Shown here: positions 21,811 to 33,476 of the stretch, in pieces
Position numbering within the stretch: the stretch's first letter is position 1
How the letters are laid out: every line of letters begins with the position of its first letter
Source: Macrostomum lignano
Taxonomy: Eukaryota
Assembly: GCA_002269645.1 (NCBI GenBank)
Contig: NIVC01000774.1
Location: 63,387-127,386 of the forward strand
Length of the DNA: 64,000 nt
Direction of reading: 5' to 3'
Position numbers and translations under genes: made by a program
The notes under the pieces: model-generated
Database searches by the model: none
What the model saw: the letters and a program-made list of their open reading frames with translations, nothing else
Told to the model about the DNA's origin: nothing

Positions 21811-24800
21811 TTAGTTGACCAAGGCGGCTGGCGTCCGGCACAGAACTTCCGCCACCTCCTCCTTGGTGATCCAGATCGCTCCACTCTCTGATGACGACAT
21901 CGAACTGCTGGTTGTGACGGAGTCTGACAGAGTTGCTGGTGGCTGCTGCCGGTGAGGGGGGCTCGACTGCCGGACCTGAGAGGCTGCATTTGTAGGTGTT
22001 GACCGGCCCGCTGAACAACCTGGCTTTTGTGCAGTTGGCTTTTTCTGCTCAATCTGCTTTTGCTGTTGCTGATGTTGCTGATGTTGTTCTTGTTTTTTCT
22101 GAAGCTGCAACTGCTGCTCTTCCTTCTGCTTTTGTTGTTGCTTCTGCTTTATAAGCAATGTTTGCTGCTGCTGCGGCTGGACGTGCTGTTGCTTTTTTTG
22201 TTGGTGGTCTGGTGGCACTTGTTGCGGTTGCTGCTTTTGCGGTTGTTGCGGTTGTGGCTGTTGCTGCTTTTGCGGTTGTTGCGGTTGTGGCTGTTGCTGC
22301 TTTTGTAGCTGTTGTTGCTGTGGCTGTTGCTGTTGTTGTGGCTGTTGTTGCTTTTGTGGCTGTTGCTGTTGCTGTTGCTGCTTTTGCGGTTGTTGCGGTT
22401 GTGGCTGTTGCTGCTTTTGTAGCTGCTGTTGCTGTGGCTGTTGCTGCTTTTGTGGCTGTTGTTGCTTTTGTAGCTGTTGTTGTTGCTGTTGTTGTGGCTT
22501 TTGTTGCTTTTGTGGCTGTTGCTGCTTTTGCGGTTGTTGCGGTTGTGGCTGTTGCTGCTTTTCTAGCTGTTGTTGCTGTGGCTGTTGCTGCTTTTGTGGC
22601 TGTTGTTGCTTTTGTAGCTGTTGTTGTTGCTGTTGTTGTGGCTGTTGTTGCTTTTGTGGCTGTTGCTGTTGCTGTTGCTGCCTTTGCGGTTGTGGCTGTT
22701 GCTGCTTTTGTGGCTGTTGCTGTTGCTGCTTTTGCGGTTGTTGCGGTTGTGGCTGTTGTTGCTTTTGTGGCTGTTGTTGCTGTGGCTGTTGCTGTTGTTG
22801 CTTTTGTAGCTGTTGTTGTGGCTGTTGCTGCTTTTGTGGCTGTTGTTGTTCTGTCTGTTGCTGTTTCTGGTTTTGCAATGGTTTTTGCAGCAGTTGCCGC
22901 TGCTGGGGCTTTTGCATTTGTTGCTGCTGCTGTTGAGTCAGCTGTTTCACCGGCAGCGCACGCTTCTGCGTCATCTGCGTCTGCGCTTGCGCCTGGCTGC
23001 CGATGCTGGTGATTCCTCCACCCAGCCTGGCCACGGCTGACTTGTTCAACCGCACGTTGGTGGCGTTCGCCCGGCGAATCGACTGCGGCTGGCGAACTGC
23101 GTTGGCAAATCAAGGTCGGGGATGGGGATTGGTTAACAGTCACTGGCAGCCTACCAGTTATGAGTAGTGCAGCTTACAGTTATGAGTAGTGCAGCCTACC
23201 AGTTATGAGTAGTGCAGCCTACCAGTTATGAGTAGTGCAGCCTACCAGTTATGAGTAGTGCAGCCTACCAGTTATGAGTAGTGCAGCCTACCAGTTATGA
23301 GTAGTGCAGCCTACCAGTTATGAGTAGTGCAGCCTACCAGTTATGAGTAGTGCAGCCTACCAGTTATGAGTAGTGCAGCCTACCAGTTATGAGTAGTGCA
23401 GCCTACCAGTTATGAGTAGTGCAGCCTACCAGTTATGAGTAGTGCAGCCTACCAGTTATGAGTAGTGCAGCCTACCAGTTATGAGTAGTGCAGCCTACCA
23501 GTTATGAGTAGTGCAGCCTACCAGTTATGAGTAGTGCAGCCTACCAGTTATGAGTAGTGCAGCCTACCAGTTATGAGTAGTGCAGCCTACCAGTTATGAG
23601 TAGTGCAGCCTACCAGTTATGAGTAGTGCAGCCTACCAGTTATGAGTAGTGCAGCCTACCAGTTATGAGTAGTGCAGCCTACCAGTTATGAGTAGTGCAG
23701 CCTACCAGTAGTCAGGAATTTAAATACTCTGTACATTGTGTTGGCTCTGTTCGGGCGTGAATCTCCCAACAAGACCCAGACAAAAATTTCCCTGCATTAA
23801 ACCGAAATTAATCTGGCCGCGCACACAGAATCAAACTCGAGTAACAACTCGAATTTTGGTGCGAGAGACAGACTGCGGCACTCAAAGCATTTGCTCACCG
23901 GGCGAACCGCTGATGCTGGACACGCGGCCTCTGCCAGCGCTGCCGCCGCGGCCGCCGCCTCCGCCAATGAGTTTCCTCGGCGGGCCCGGCGCCCCGTCAA
24001 CCGACTTCGGACGCTTAACGATGCGCGCCCGGCCGACGCCAGCCGCTGAAGATGCCGACGGCGCTGGTGGCGAGTCCAGCCGGGAGGAGCTCACATCTTC
24101 AATGTCGGCGCTGACATCGTCCTCGTCGCAGATGGTGGAGCCGGCCTCCGAGTCGCCGCCGCCGCCGCCGCTAGATATAGTCAGGTTGAAGGTGATCGGC
24201 GACTGCTGCCGATGAATTGAGGCCGAGGCCGATGTTGAAGAAGCCGATGACGTCACCTGAAGAGTGAACCGCTGTGCCGGGCTGCCGTCCAGACTGCCGG
24301 CCGGGGAGGCATCCGAATAACCGGAGTCTTTCGAGCGGCGGCCGGCGCTGATGGAGGTCGATGAAGGCGCAGGCGGGGCTGACCTGACCGGGGTCGGTGC
24401 GACAATGCCAAGCGGCTTTCCGGCACCGCTCAGCATCGGCTGCTGCTGCTGCTGTTGCCTTAGGACAGAAGATGAAGGCGGAGTCAGCTTTGATGATGGC
24501 GCAGCAATAGAGGAGGCCGAGCTGGACGGCTTTGCCGGAGTGGAAGCCATCACAGGCGTTGGAATTGTGCTGGGCTTGGAGCTGGCGCCGGCCTGAGGCC
24601 GCACAGTCGAAGCCGGCATGGGCAGCCTGGAGGAGGCGGTGCCGCTGGCTATAGCGGACGGACTCACGGGCACCCAGGATGTGCCGGCCACGATGGGCTT
24701 GGGCGCGGGCAGCTGAGAAACCGCTGGCACGTGGCGCACCGAAGCAATCGGCACAGGCGACGGTGCCGCCGGCGGCTTGACCTGGCCGAACAGAGCGCCT

Positions 24801-27800
24801 GTGGCGTCTCCATCGTCCTCGTCGTCGGTGAGGTCCAAGTCTGTGTCCGTGTCCTGCGACGCGTCAACCTCGGCCGTCAGCTCTGCGTTAGTCGCCGATG
24901 CGTGCGGACTCTCCCGAATAGCGGCGGCGTCAATCTCCATGGAGGAGCCGCTGAGGTCGCTGGTGTCAATATCCGACAGCTCCAGCGTGAGCTGCCCGGC
25001 GGCCGGCTCCTCGTCGCTGTGGATGCTGAAGGTGCGGCTGTCAACTGGACGTCCGGGCGCGTCGGCGCTTGTTCGACTGCCGCCGCTGCTGCTCTGTCTG
25101 TCGGCGTCGCGTAGTTCAACAGGCGACGGCGAGCTTCGCTCCTCCGTCAGGGTGTACAGCCGCCTGTCAGTGCCGGCGTGGAGCCTGCAGGCCAGGCGGT
25201 GGTGCTGATGGACCAGGTGGATCTTGCTGCTGCTGCTGCTGCTGCCGGGGGCGGGTTGACGCGGCGGCGCCGGCGGCGGCAGCCGATGCTGATGGCGGGC
25301 CGCCCCGGTTAACGACGCTTGGGTTTTCGGTTTCGACGGCCCCGCCTCGCTGCTGGCCGACTCCGCTAGCGGCTGTTGCTGCTGCTGCGGCCGTTGCTTT
25401 CTTCCGTCGAAACCTATCCAGAAAAAAGACGCCTTGCTGTTGCTGCTCGCGCTGCTGTCGCCGCCCTCGCCATTGGAATCGATGGCTGGCCTCGCACGGG
25501 CGGCCGCTAACTGCTGCTGCTGTTTCTTTGGCATAGCAGAAGAAATGCAGGCTTCAAGCAGTTGGTCGGCGTTGTCGCTTGAGCAGCTGGATGACCGGCT
25601 GGAGGTCTGCGCCGATGTCCGGTAGGAAAAGTGGGCCGGCGTGTCCTCGGTTTTGTAGGTGACCTGCGGGTCAGGCGTTGAAATTCTTTTCTATCTACCT
25701 ACAATCACTGACAACTGAGTGTATGAATGAGAGCTGCAGCAGTGCTTTTAAAATTAACCTGCCTGTAAGATCTCATCGGATTATTTATAACATTCCTTAT
25801 GAAATCTCTGGTATATATGTCTTCTTTGTGAGAACTCATAGGAATGTTGCTAATGTTCCTTGTGAGATCTTATAAGAATCTTGCTAATCTTCCTTGTGAA
25901 ATCTCATAGCAATGCTACCAATTCTACTTGTGAGATCTCATAGCAATGCTACTAATCTTCCTTGTGAGATCTCATAGCAATGCTACTCATCTTCCTTGTG
26001 AGATCTCATAAATGCTACCAATCTTCCTTGTGAGCCCTCATAGCAATGCTACTCATCTTCCTTGTGAGATCTTATAAGAATCTTGCTAATCTTCCTTGTG
26101 AAATCTCATAGCAATGCTACCAATCCTCCTTGTGAGCCCTCATAGCAATGCTACTAATCTTCCTTGTGAGCCCTCATAGCAATGCTACTAATCTTCCTTG
26201 TGAGATCTCATAAATGCTACCAATCTTCCTTGTGAGATCTCATAGCAATGCTACTAATCTTCCTTGTGAGATCTCATAGCAATGCTACTAATCTTCCTTG
26301 TGAGCCCTCATAGCAATGCTACTAATCTTCCTTGTGAGATCTCATAAATGCTACCAATCTTCCTTGTGAGATCTCATAGCAATGCTACCAATCTTCCTTG
26401 TGAGATCTCATAGCAATGCTACTAATCTTCCTTGTGAGATCTCATAGCAATGCTACTAATCTTCCTTGTGAGATCTCATAAATGCTACCAATCTTCCTTG
26501 TGAGATCTCATAGCAATGCTACCAATCTTCCTTGTGAGATCTCATTGAAATGCTGAAAGATGCTCGCGCCCACTCCACTATCAAGCAGACACTCACCGTC
26601 TTCTCATCGCACTGAACGCCAACAGCACCGCGAGTGGAGCGACCGGCCACAGCAGCTCCGACGCCGGACTGTACAGGTCCGATGTCCTCTTCATCGTCTT
26701 CCTCGTGGATGACATTGCCAGCCACCTCGTGCTCGTCCAGCTCGTCCTCCTCGTCCTCGATGCCCAAGCCGATGTCTATGGCCTCCTCTTCATCCTCCTC
26801 GTCCTCAATGGCCAGCGCTGCTGCCACTTCGTCCACTTCGTCGTCGTCATCGTCGCGCTCTTCGACACCCCTAGCTAAACCGAGAGACAGCGCTGGCGCC
26901 GACTGCTGCTGCTGCTGCTGCTGCTGTTGCTGTGCCGGAGCGCCGTCAGCGGCGCCGTAGTTCAAATCGACACTAGACGGCGGAGACGGAGTGTGCTCAA
27001 CGTGGAACACAGTTGGCCGGTCGTCAGTCACAGTTGTGATGGTTTTAGCCGCGGCATGGGCTCTGGATGGCGGCATGCCGCTGCGAATGCAGTCCTGCAG
27101 GATCTGCGAGTCCAGACCGTCGTCTTCGTCTTTTGACGAGGAGGAAGCGGCTGAGGAAGCCTTGCTGGCGCTGCCTGGTCGGCGATGCCGCCCTGCGGCT
27201 CCAGGAATTTGTTGGGGCTGCGTTGAACGTTGAACTGTCCGCGTCTGCGGTTGCTGCTGTTGCTGCTGTGTGTGTGTGTGTGTGTGTCTTCGGCTGGGCG
27301 GGTTCCCTCATTGCACCCACTCAGGGTGCGTGCACTTCAGGAACCCTAGCACCTTCGCTTCATCTCCCAGATCCTCCAGACCTTGAATACCAAAACGCGC
27401 CCTCTCCTTATGCCACCTGTCGCACCACACCCAGTGGTCCTTGTCCTCTTCCTCACCGCAGTCCTGACAACTCGCCTTTGCCTCAGCACCGATTTTTTGT
27501 CGCCAGTAGGCCGTCTTCTTGCATTGACCACATCTGAGTTGGGCGAGTGTGGTCTCCGTGCTACGATTTTCAGCGCATTTGTTAATTTTGTGCTTGTAGA
27601 CCCTACGGAGACGCTCATCAGAGGGCGGGGGCGCCGGCTCCTTCCTGATGGCCGCCTTTACACAGTTCCACATGACGGGGACGTCGTCCTGCGGTAGAGC
27701 CGCTGCTTCCTTAGCCTCCTGGTCGACATCCTCGTTGCCCGCGACACCAACATGACCGGGTACCCACTGCAGCACCACTCTGGTAACTTGGCTAATCTCA

Positions 27801-30800
27801 CGGAGTCTACTGATCAGGCGGTACGACGTGGTATCCTGGGTAGCTTTCTCGCTGCTGAGCTTGAGGAGGGCCGATTTACAGTCCGTCAGGATGATGGCAT
27901 TTCGCGGCTTGGCCTCCGCAATGGTATCCAGTGCCAGCTCCAGGGCTCGCTCCTCCGCAACCAGGGAGCTGCACCACTCCCCGGCCGCCGCTTTCTTGAC
28001 GCGTCTCTCCGTGTCAAAGTACACGACACAAGCTGCACCACCCTTACGCTGCCCTTCTCCAACAGACCCATCCGTGTAGATTGACAAATCGAATTTGCCC
28101 CAGGCGTTAATGGTGTCGATCGTCTCTGTGGCGAGGTTGCTGTCACCCTTCTTTCCTCCGCGAATAAGCTCCGTAGCGATCACGACGCCGTCCATATGTA
28201 GCCGTCTCCACGGCGGGTGTCTCTTTCTGGTGAAGCCCTCTCTGGGGTGGGTCGACCTCCTCAGGCATTCCTCTCTGGCCTGATCCCTCCACCCTTTGTT
28301 CGCCTGAAGTCTGCGGTTTCCGGTTCTTTCACTACACTCCCTGAGCGGGTCTCCCTCTGGGGCTCTGGTGGCCTTTTCCCAGGCCAGCATCGCCCTTTTG
28401 CGCGCTTGATAACGGATCGGCTCGATATTAGTCTCCACGTACACCGCTTCAATGGGGGTGGAACGCACCAGTCCCGCAGCTAGACGGAGACATTCTCTCT
28501 GAGCACGTTCGAGTTTTTCAAAGCTAGTGCTGGACAGCCAGGGGAGCCACGCTGGGGCGCAGTACCAGATACAACTCTCAACAATACTTTTGTAGATCAA
28601 CAGGAGTTCCTCGTCCTCCAGCCCCAGCTGGTATTAGCCAGGACACGGATAGCTCTAACTCTGCGTTTCATTTTGTTTAGCACGGCCTCCGTATGAGCCG
28701 CGAACGTTAAGCCGCCATCGATGGTGATACCCAGGTATTTAAGTTTCCTCACAGTGGCGATAGTGCGGCCGGCGATCGTGAGTCCCGTGACAGCAGACTT
28801 GTCCTTAGGAGATCTACTAAAAATACAACATTCGCATTTGGTTGGATTTAGCTCTATCTTCAGCACTTTGGCCCACCTCTCGATCTTAATCAGCGCTCTC
28901 TGGATGGTATCTCTGACCTCCGAGTACACGGTACCAGAGGCCCAGATGGCGAGGTCGTCGGCGAAGCCGCCATATTCCACGCCCTGCTCGGTGAGGCCGT
29001 TCCAGCCGTTAGCGTAAAGGAGGAATAACGCTGGGGAGCTCACCGCTCCTTGCGGCAGTCCCTCCTGGAAGCGTCTGAATTTGCTGGTCTCATCGCCCAC
29101 GCGCACTCTGCCTTTGCGGTCCTCCAGGAAGCTGGCGAACCACTTAACGAGGTGCGCTGGGACTTTTTCTTCCAGCATTCTATCCATCAATTTGACCCGC
29201 CACACTCTCTCGTATGCTTTGGAGCAGTCCAGGGTGACGGCAACGGTCTTGAGCGGGCGGCGCTCCTCCCAGCCATCCTGGATGGATTGCACTAACCGGA
29301 TCACTTGCTCTTCAGTGCTGCGGCCTCTTTGGAAGCCCGCCTGCCAACTTTTGATGATCTTGTTGTCTTCCATCCAAAAGTACAGCCGATTAGTGACCAT
29401 CCGCTCCATCAGCTTCGCACACACCGGGGTGAGGCTGATAGGGCGATACGACTCACGCTGCTTCGGATCTTTGCCGGCTTTGAGCAGTGGTATGATCTCG
29501 GCTTTCTTCCAGATCCCGGGGCACGAGTGCTCCGCCCAACTGCGGTTGAAGATGTCGAGCCAGCGATCTAAGCACTGTTCGGGCAAGTTCTTAAGGAACC
29601 GTACCTCAATACCGTCGACGCCACCTTTTTTGTCTGCAGCCATCTGGTCAAGTGCGTCTTTGAGTTCTTCGCGGGTGAACGGGGTGCTGAATTCAGCGCC
29701 CTCGTTGTACGTCCTTAGTTTCTTGGCGACCTCAGCTCTTAACGCCCGCTCTTCTTTACCCAGCTGGACTTTGCTGTTTGATGCATACAAATTAATGAAG
29801 ACCGCCGCTTTTTCCTTGTCGGTTCTAGCTTCTCGTCCTTCGTTGACCACGATCTCGTTAGGGACACAGTCCTCCTTAACCGCGTGCAGGGTCTTGATCA
29901 GCCTCCATGTGCTTTTGCCGTCATCTCCTTCTTGCAGCTTACTCACGTGCTCTCTCCAGAAGGCGGAACGTTTCTCTTTGATGAGATTGCTAAGGGTTTC
30001 GTTAGCGCTGTGCCACCGCGCTCTACTATCAGAGTTTTCTCTACTTTCCTTATCACTGCTGTTGTTGCTGCTGTTGTTGAACCAACTGAGGCTGTGGAGG
30101 CTGCATGGGCTCAGATGGCGTGTCCGGCAGGTAGCTGGGCGAGAGCGGCGGCCCGGCGGAGCGGCCGCCAGTGCCGGCGCTGTAGGAGCTGGCGCGGGAC
30201 GAGCGCAGCGAATCGAGGCCGACGCTGTCCAAGGAGTGGCCAGACGAGCCCCGGCTGAACACCAACGGCGTCGGCTGCACGGAGCCGCCGGGCGCCGAGG
30301 CGGATGCGGAAGCAGCTGGCGTGGCCGCAGTCGATTCGGCCACTGCTGCTGCTGCAGTGACAGATGCACTGGCGCCGGCGCAGCCATCCGTGCCGTCCTG
30401 CCCGCCAGCAACAGAGCCGGCAAGGCGGACGCACTGCGGCAGGGTCAGCTCCGACTGGCCGGACGAATTGTAGTGCACGGAGGCCGATAGCGGCTGCTGG
30501 CCGGATCGGTCATGGGTCACGTCGGACACGGCGCTGCGCAGGCTTTCCTGGCTGGCCGAGCGCTGCGGACTGCACAGAAGTGGCCGGGGCGACGAGCTTG
30601 GTGTTCCCGCTGCCTTCCCAGATGCCGACGCCGGAGCTGCCGATGCCGTTGCTGTCGCCGACTGGCGTCCGGCATGCTGACTGCTGCTGCTACTGAGGCT
30701 TCGGCTGCCGGCGCTATTGTTGCTGCTGCAGCCAGTGCCGGCGCCAGTGTGGGGCGGCGGCAGCTCAGCCGAATCGTGCAGCCTGGCTGAGACCAAATTC

Positions 30801-33476
30801 TTCAGGGCGCTGGCGCTGGCCAGGCGAATCACCTGGTGGAGTTGGCGATGTTGCATTGGAGATGCATTGCAGTGGGCTAGATTAGCAATCCATTACATCC
30901 CACTATATGCGGGATAGATTAGCAATCCATTACATCCCACTATATGCGGGATAGATTAGCAATCCATTACATCCCATTGTCTCTGGGATAGATTAGCAAT
31001 CCATTACATCCCACTATATACGGGATAGATTAGCAATCCATTACATCCCACTGTCTATGGGCTAGATTAGCAATCCATTAGATCCCATTGTCTCTGGGCT
31101 AGATTAGCAATCCAATACATCCCACTATTTACGGGCTAGATTAGCAATCCATTACATCCCACTATTTACGGGCTAGATTAGCAATCCCTTACATCCCACT
31201 ATTTACGGGCTAGATTAGCAATCCCTTACATCCCACTATTTACGGGCTAGATTAGCAATCCCTTACATCCCACTATTTACGGGCTAGATTAGCAATCCAT
31301 TACATCCCACTATTTACGGGCTAGATTAGCAATCCCTTACATCCCACTATTTACGGGCTAGATTAGCAATCCCTTACATCCCACTATTTACGGGCTAGAT
31401 TAGCAATCCCTTACATCCCACTATTTACGGGCTAGATTAGCAATCCCTTACATCCCACTATTTACGGGCTAGATTAGCAATCCCTTACATCCCACTATTT
31501 ACGGGCTAGATTAGCAATCCCTTACATCCCACTATATGCTATTAGGCATGCATAGACGCTATCAAATCACCTTGTGCTTAGACTGAATGAGACAGCGCAG
31601 CATTGGCACGGCGCCAAGGCGGGTCAGCAGTCTCTGATCGGCCAGATGATTAGAAGACAGATTCCACAGAATGCCGCAGGCGTTAGCAACCACAGTTAAA
31701 GAGGCTGAGCGCAGCTGGGTGAGCAGAACAGGAAAAGCAGGCCTAACAGCTGAGCGGAGATCCTCGCGCACGGCCACAACCGAGCTGATGTTGCGCAACA
31801 CGCCGCCGCCAGTCTCGGCCAGGCTGGGGTTGCAGGTGAGACAGGCGCACAGCAGGCTGAGAGAGCCGGGCACAGCGCAGATGGCCTCCTTGTTGGCTGT
31901 GGAGTGGGCCGACAGGTTCCACAGGGCCGACAGCAGGCTGCGAAGGGTGGTCTCTCGCCTAACCTGGAGAGAGAGTGCAAGAATAATAAGGCAAAGTAGA
32001 TGATTAAGAATAAAAGGAGAGAAGAAAAAGGAAAATAAGACAAGGTCGAAAGAGGAAGAAGAAGAGGAAGAAGTAGAGGAAGAAGAAGAAGAATAATAAT
32101 AATAAGAAGAAGAAGAAGGAGAAGAAGAAGAAGAAGAAGAAGAAGGAGAAACAGAAGAAGAAATAGAAGAAGAAAAAGAAGAACTGCTAACTCTTACAGG
32201 TCACAGTTCAATTCGCAATACAACAGCATATATATGCATAGAGACAACCAACCTGAAGCGCCGCTCTCGTCAGTACACCGGCCGCGCCAAGCCGGCCAAG
32301 AACGGCCCGACACTCGGCGTCCGCCTGCCAGCTAAGATTTCTAATAACGGCGGCGGTCACCTGGCAGAGCTCCTCCTCAACCGGTTGGGCAACGCCGACG
32401 GCTAATCCGGGCGGCGATTTCAGCTGTTCAACGAGCGACCAGACGGCCGGCGCCCGGAGGCAAACGCGACGCTTGCAGGCGGCATCGCCGTAGCTCAAGT
32501 TAGTGAGAGCGCTGGCGGCGTAGCGGCGCAGAAATAGGCTGCATGGCGGCGGCCGGTACTGGGTGCGGCAGAAGTCGACAAGCAGCAGGTCGGACAGGCA
32601 CTCAACTCCGCCCAATTCAGCTATGGCTGGTCGGTCAGTGTCCGAGTAGGACAGTTCAAGCAGCACGGACAGGGCGCTGCAGCAGCGGTCGCGCAGGGCG
32701 TCAACGGCAACTTCGGCAGGTGGAGGAGACGACAAGGAGGCCAGCTGGCCGCAGCGGCACAGCACAGCACGGACGGCATCGCAGTAGGCGCGCACCTGGT
32801 CCAGGTGGCACAGGATGAGCTTCTCCTTGGCGCCAGCCTCCGGACAAGCGGCCAGATTAGCCAGTATTTGAGCTGCCCGGTCTCGCACTGGCCTGGGCGG
32901 CAGGCTAGCGTGCGGGCTCGGACAGCGGGACTCCGGACAGGGGTCGCGGGTCTCCGGGCCGTACAGCAGCGGCAGCACGAGCCCAAACGGCTGGCCCTGG
33001 CGAAGGCGGCTGCAGTCCACGGGATCGGTGGACATCCGCAGCAGCGCCTGGCTGAGTTGATCCGGATCGTCGGCCGGAGCGCCGCCGGCGCCGTCAAGAG
33101 AATCGAGATCGTCTAAATCGGCGAGGGCGCACGTTGAAGTGACGGTTGACTCGTCCAGATGCTGCTGCCGCTGGCTCCGCTGTTGCTGCTGTTGGCGCCG
33201 GTGCTGCCCAGTCCGGGAGCCGGCAAGGCTGGCCGCGGGACTGGCCGGGCTGTTCAGCGGCGGCGGCTGGGCGATGCCGGCAGAGGCTGCGGCGGCTGCC
33301 GACGACTCGTCGGCGGCGTAGACGCTGGCCAGCCAGGCGGACAGTTGAGCAGATGCTCGAGAGGCGGACGCGGCTGCAGTTGCTGACGTAGCTGTCGCTC
33401 GGCCATGATGGCGCTGCTGCTGCTGCTGCTGGTGCTGGTGTTGTTGCGATTGCACAGGAGCGGCAGTGATTGGCAT
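21811..33476 (-). CDS. APC: Adenomatous polyposis coli protein (~2038 aa reconstructed); this allele is interrupted by a LINE
   Basis: Exons 33476-32253, 31963-31571, 30832-30056 + 27268-26597 (LINE between), 25663-23899, 23096-21811; all GT-AG and phase-compatible. ARM region closely matches APC (LRRYAASALTNLSYGD; VIRNLSWQAD; LQ|VRRETTLRSLLSALWNLSAH; GGGVLRNISS; ACGILWNLS; IQSKHK|VIRLASASALKNL). 20-aa repeats QPTPLVFSRGSSGHSLDS and YKTEDTPAHFS; region-B-like SPSYLPDTP; SAMP motifs ILQDCIRSGMP and LLEACISSAMPKK. Confidence 0.93.
22050..22920 (-). repeat. Coding Gln-rich repeat (PQKQQQ / QQQPQ)n in the last APC exon
   Basis: The Q-rich frame (ORF 21811-23055) is the one joined in phase 1 to the upstream APC exon (SGSP|VRQPQSIRRANATNVRLNKS). 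Confidence 0.8.
23146..23709. repeat. Near-perfect 23-bp minisatellite CTACCAGTTATGAGTAGTGCAGC (~24 copies) in the last APC intron
   Basis: Read directly; copies are identical apart from the first. Confidence 0.97.
25790..26544. repeat. 34/32-bp minisatellite CTTCCTTGTGAGATCTCATAGCAATGCTACTAAT in an APC intron
   Basis: Read directly; degenerate at the left end, homogeneous at the right. Confidence 0.93.
27269..30055 (-). mobile_element. 5'-truncated Ingi-like LINE (RT + RNase H + CCHC) inserted in the APC poly-Gln tract
   Basis: 5' junction CAA CAG CAG|TGA TAA GGA; 3' end ...GAAG-(AC)10 tail|CAG CAG CAA CAG. Begins in the APE-RT linker. Different family from the 14503 element (different tail, diverged protein). 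Confidence 0.92.
27308..30055 (-). pseudogene. LINE ORF fragment: RT (YRPISLTPVCAKLMERM, GLPQGA, FADD), RNase H (IYTDGS, TDCKS, WVPGHVGVAGNEDVD), CQDC..H..C; one frameshift at ~28615
   Basis: ORFs 28597-30423 and 27308-28600 join into WGWRDEELLLIYKS if one G is added at 28615-28616. This gives the same spacing as WGWSKKLLLRIY in the other LINE. Confidence 0.88.
30872..31535. repeat. 37-bp minisatellite GGGCTAGATTAGCAATCCCTTACATCCCACTATTTAC in an APC intron
   Basis: Read directly, ~18 copies. Confidence 0.95.
32050..32182. repeat. (GAA)n-rich purine tract in an APC intron (pyrimidine tract on the coding strand)
   Basis: Read directly. Confidence 0.85.

Noticed and set aside
22049-23143. Ala/Thr-rich (mucin/antifreeze-like) ORF and the Val/Ala-rich plus-strand ORF
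   Set aside because: Alternative frames of the Gln-repeat exon; splice phase from the APC exon selects the Q-rich frame.
23146-23709. CRISPR-like regular repeats (also the 37-, 41- and 67-bp arrays)
   Set aside because: Units are head-to-tail with no unique spacers, there are no cas genes, and the context is eukaryotic and intronic.
28597-30423. A single 608-aa RT protein starting at 30423
   Set aside because: Its first ~120 aa are an alternative frame of the APC exon; the LINE starts at 30055 and is 5'-truncated.
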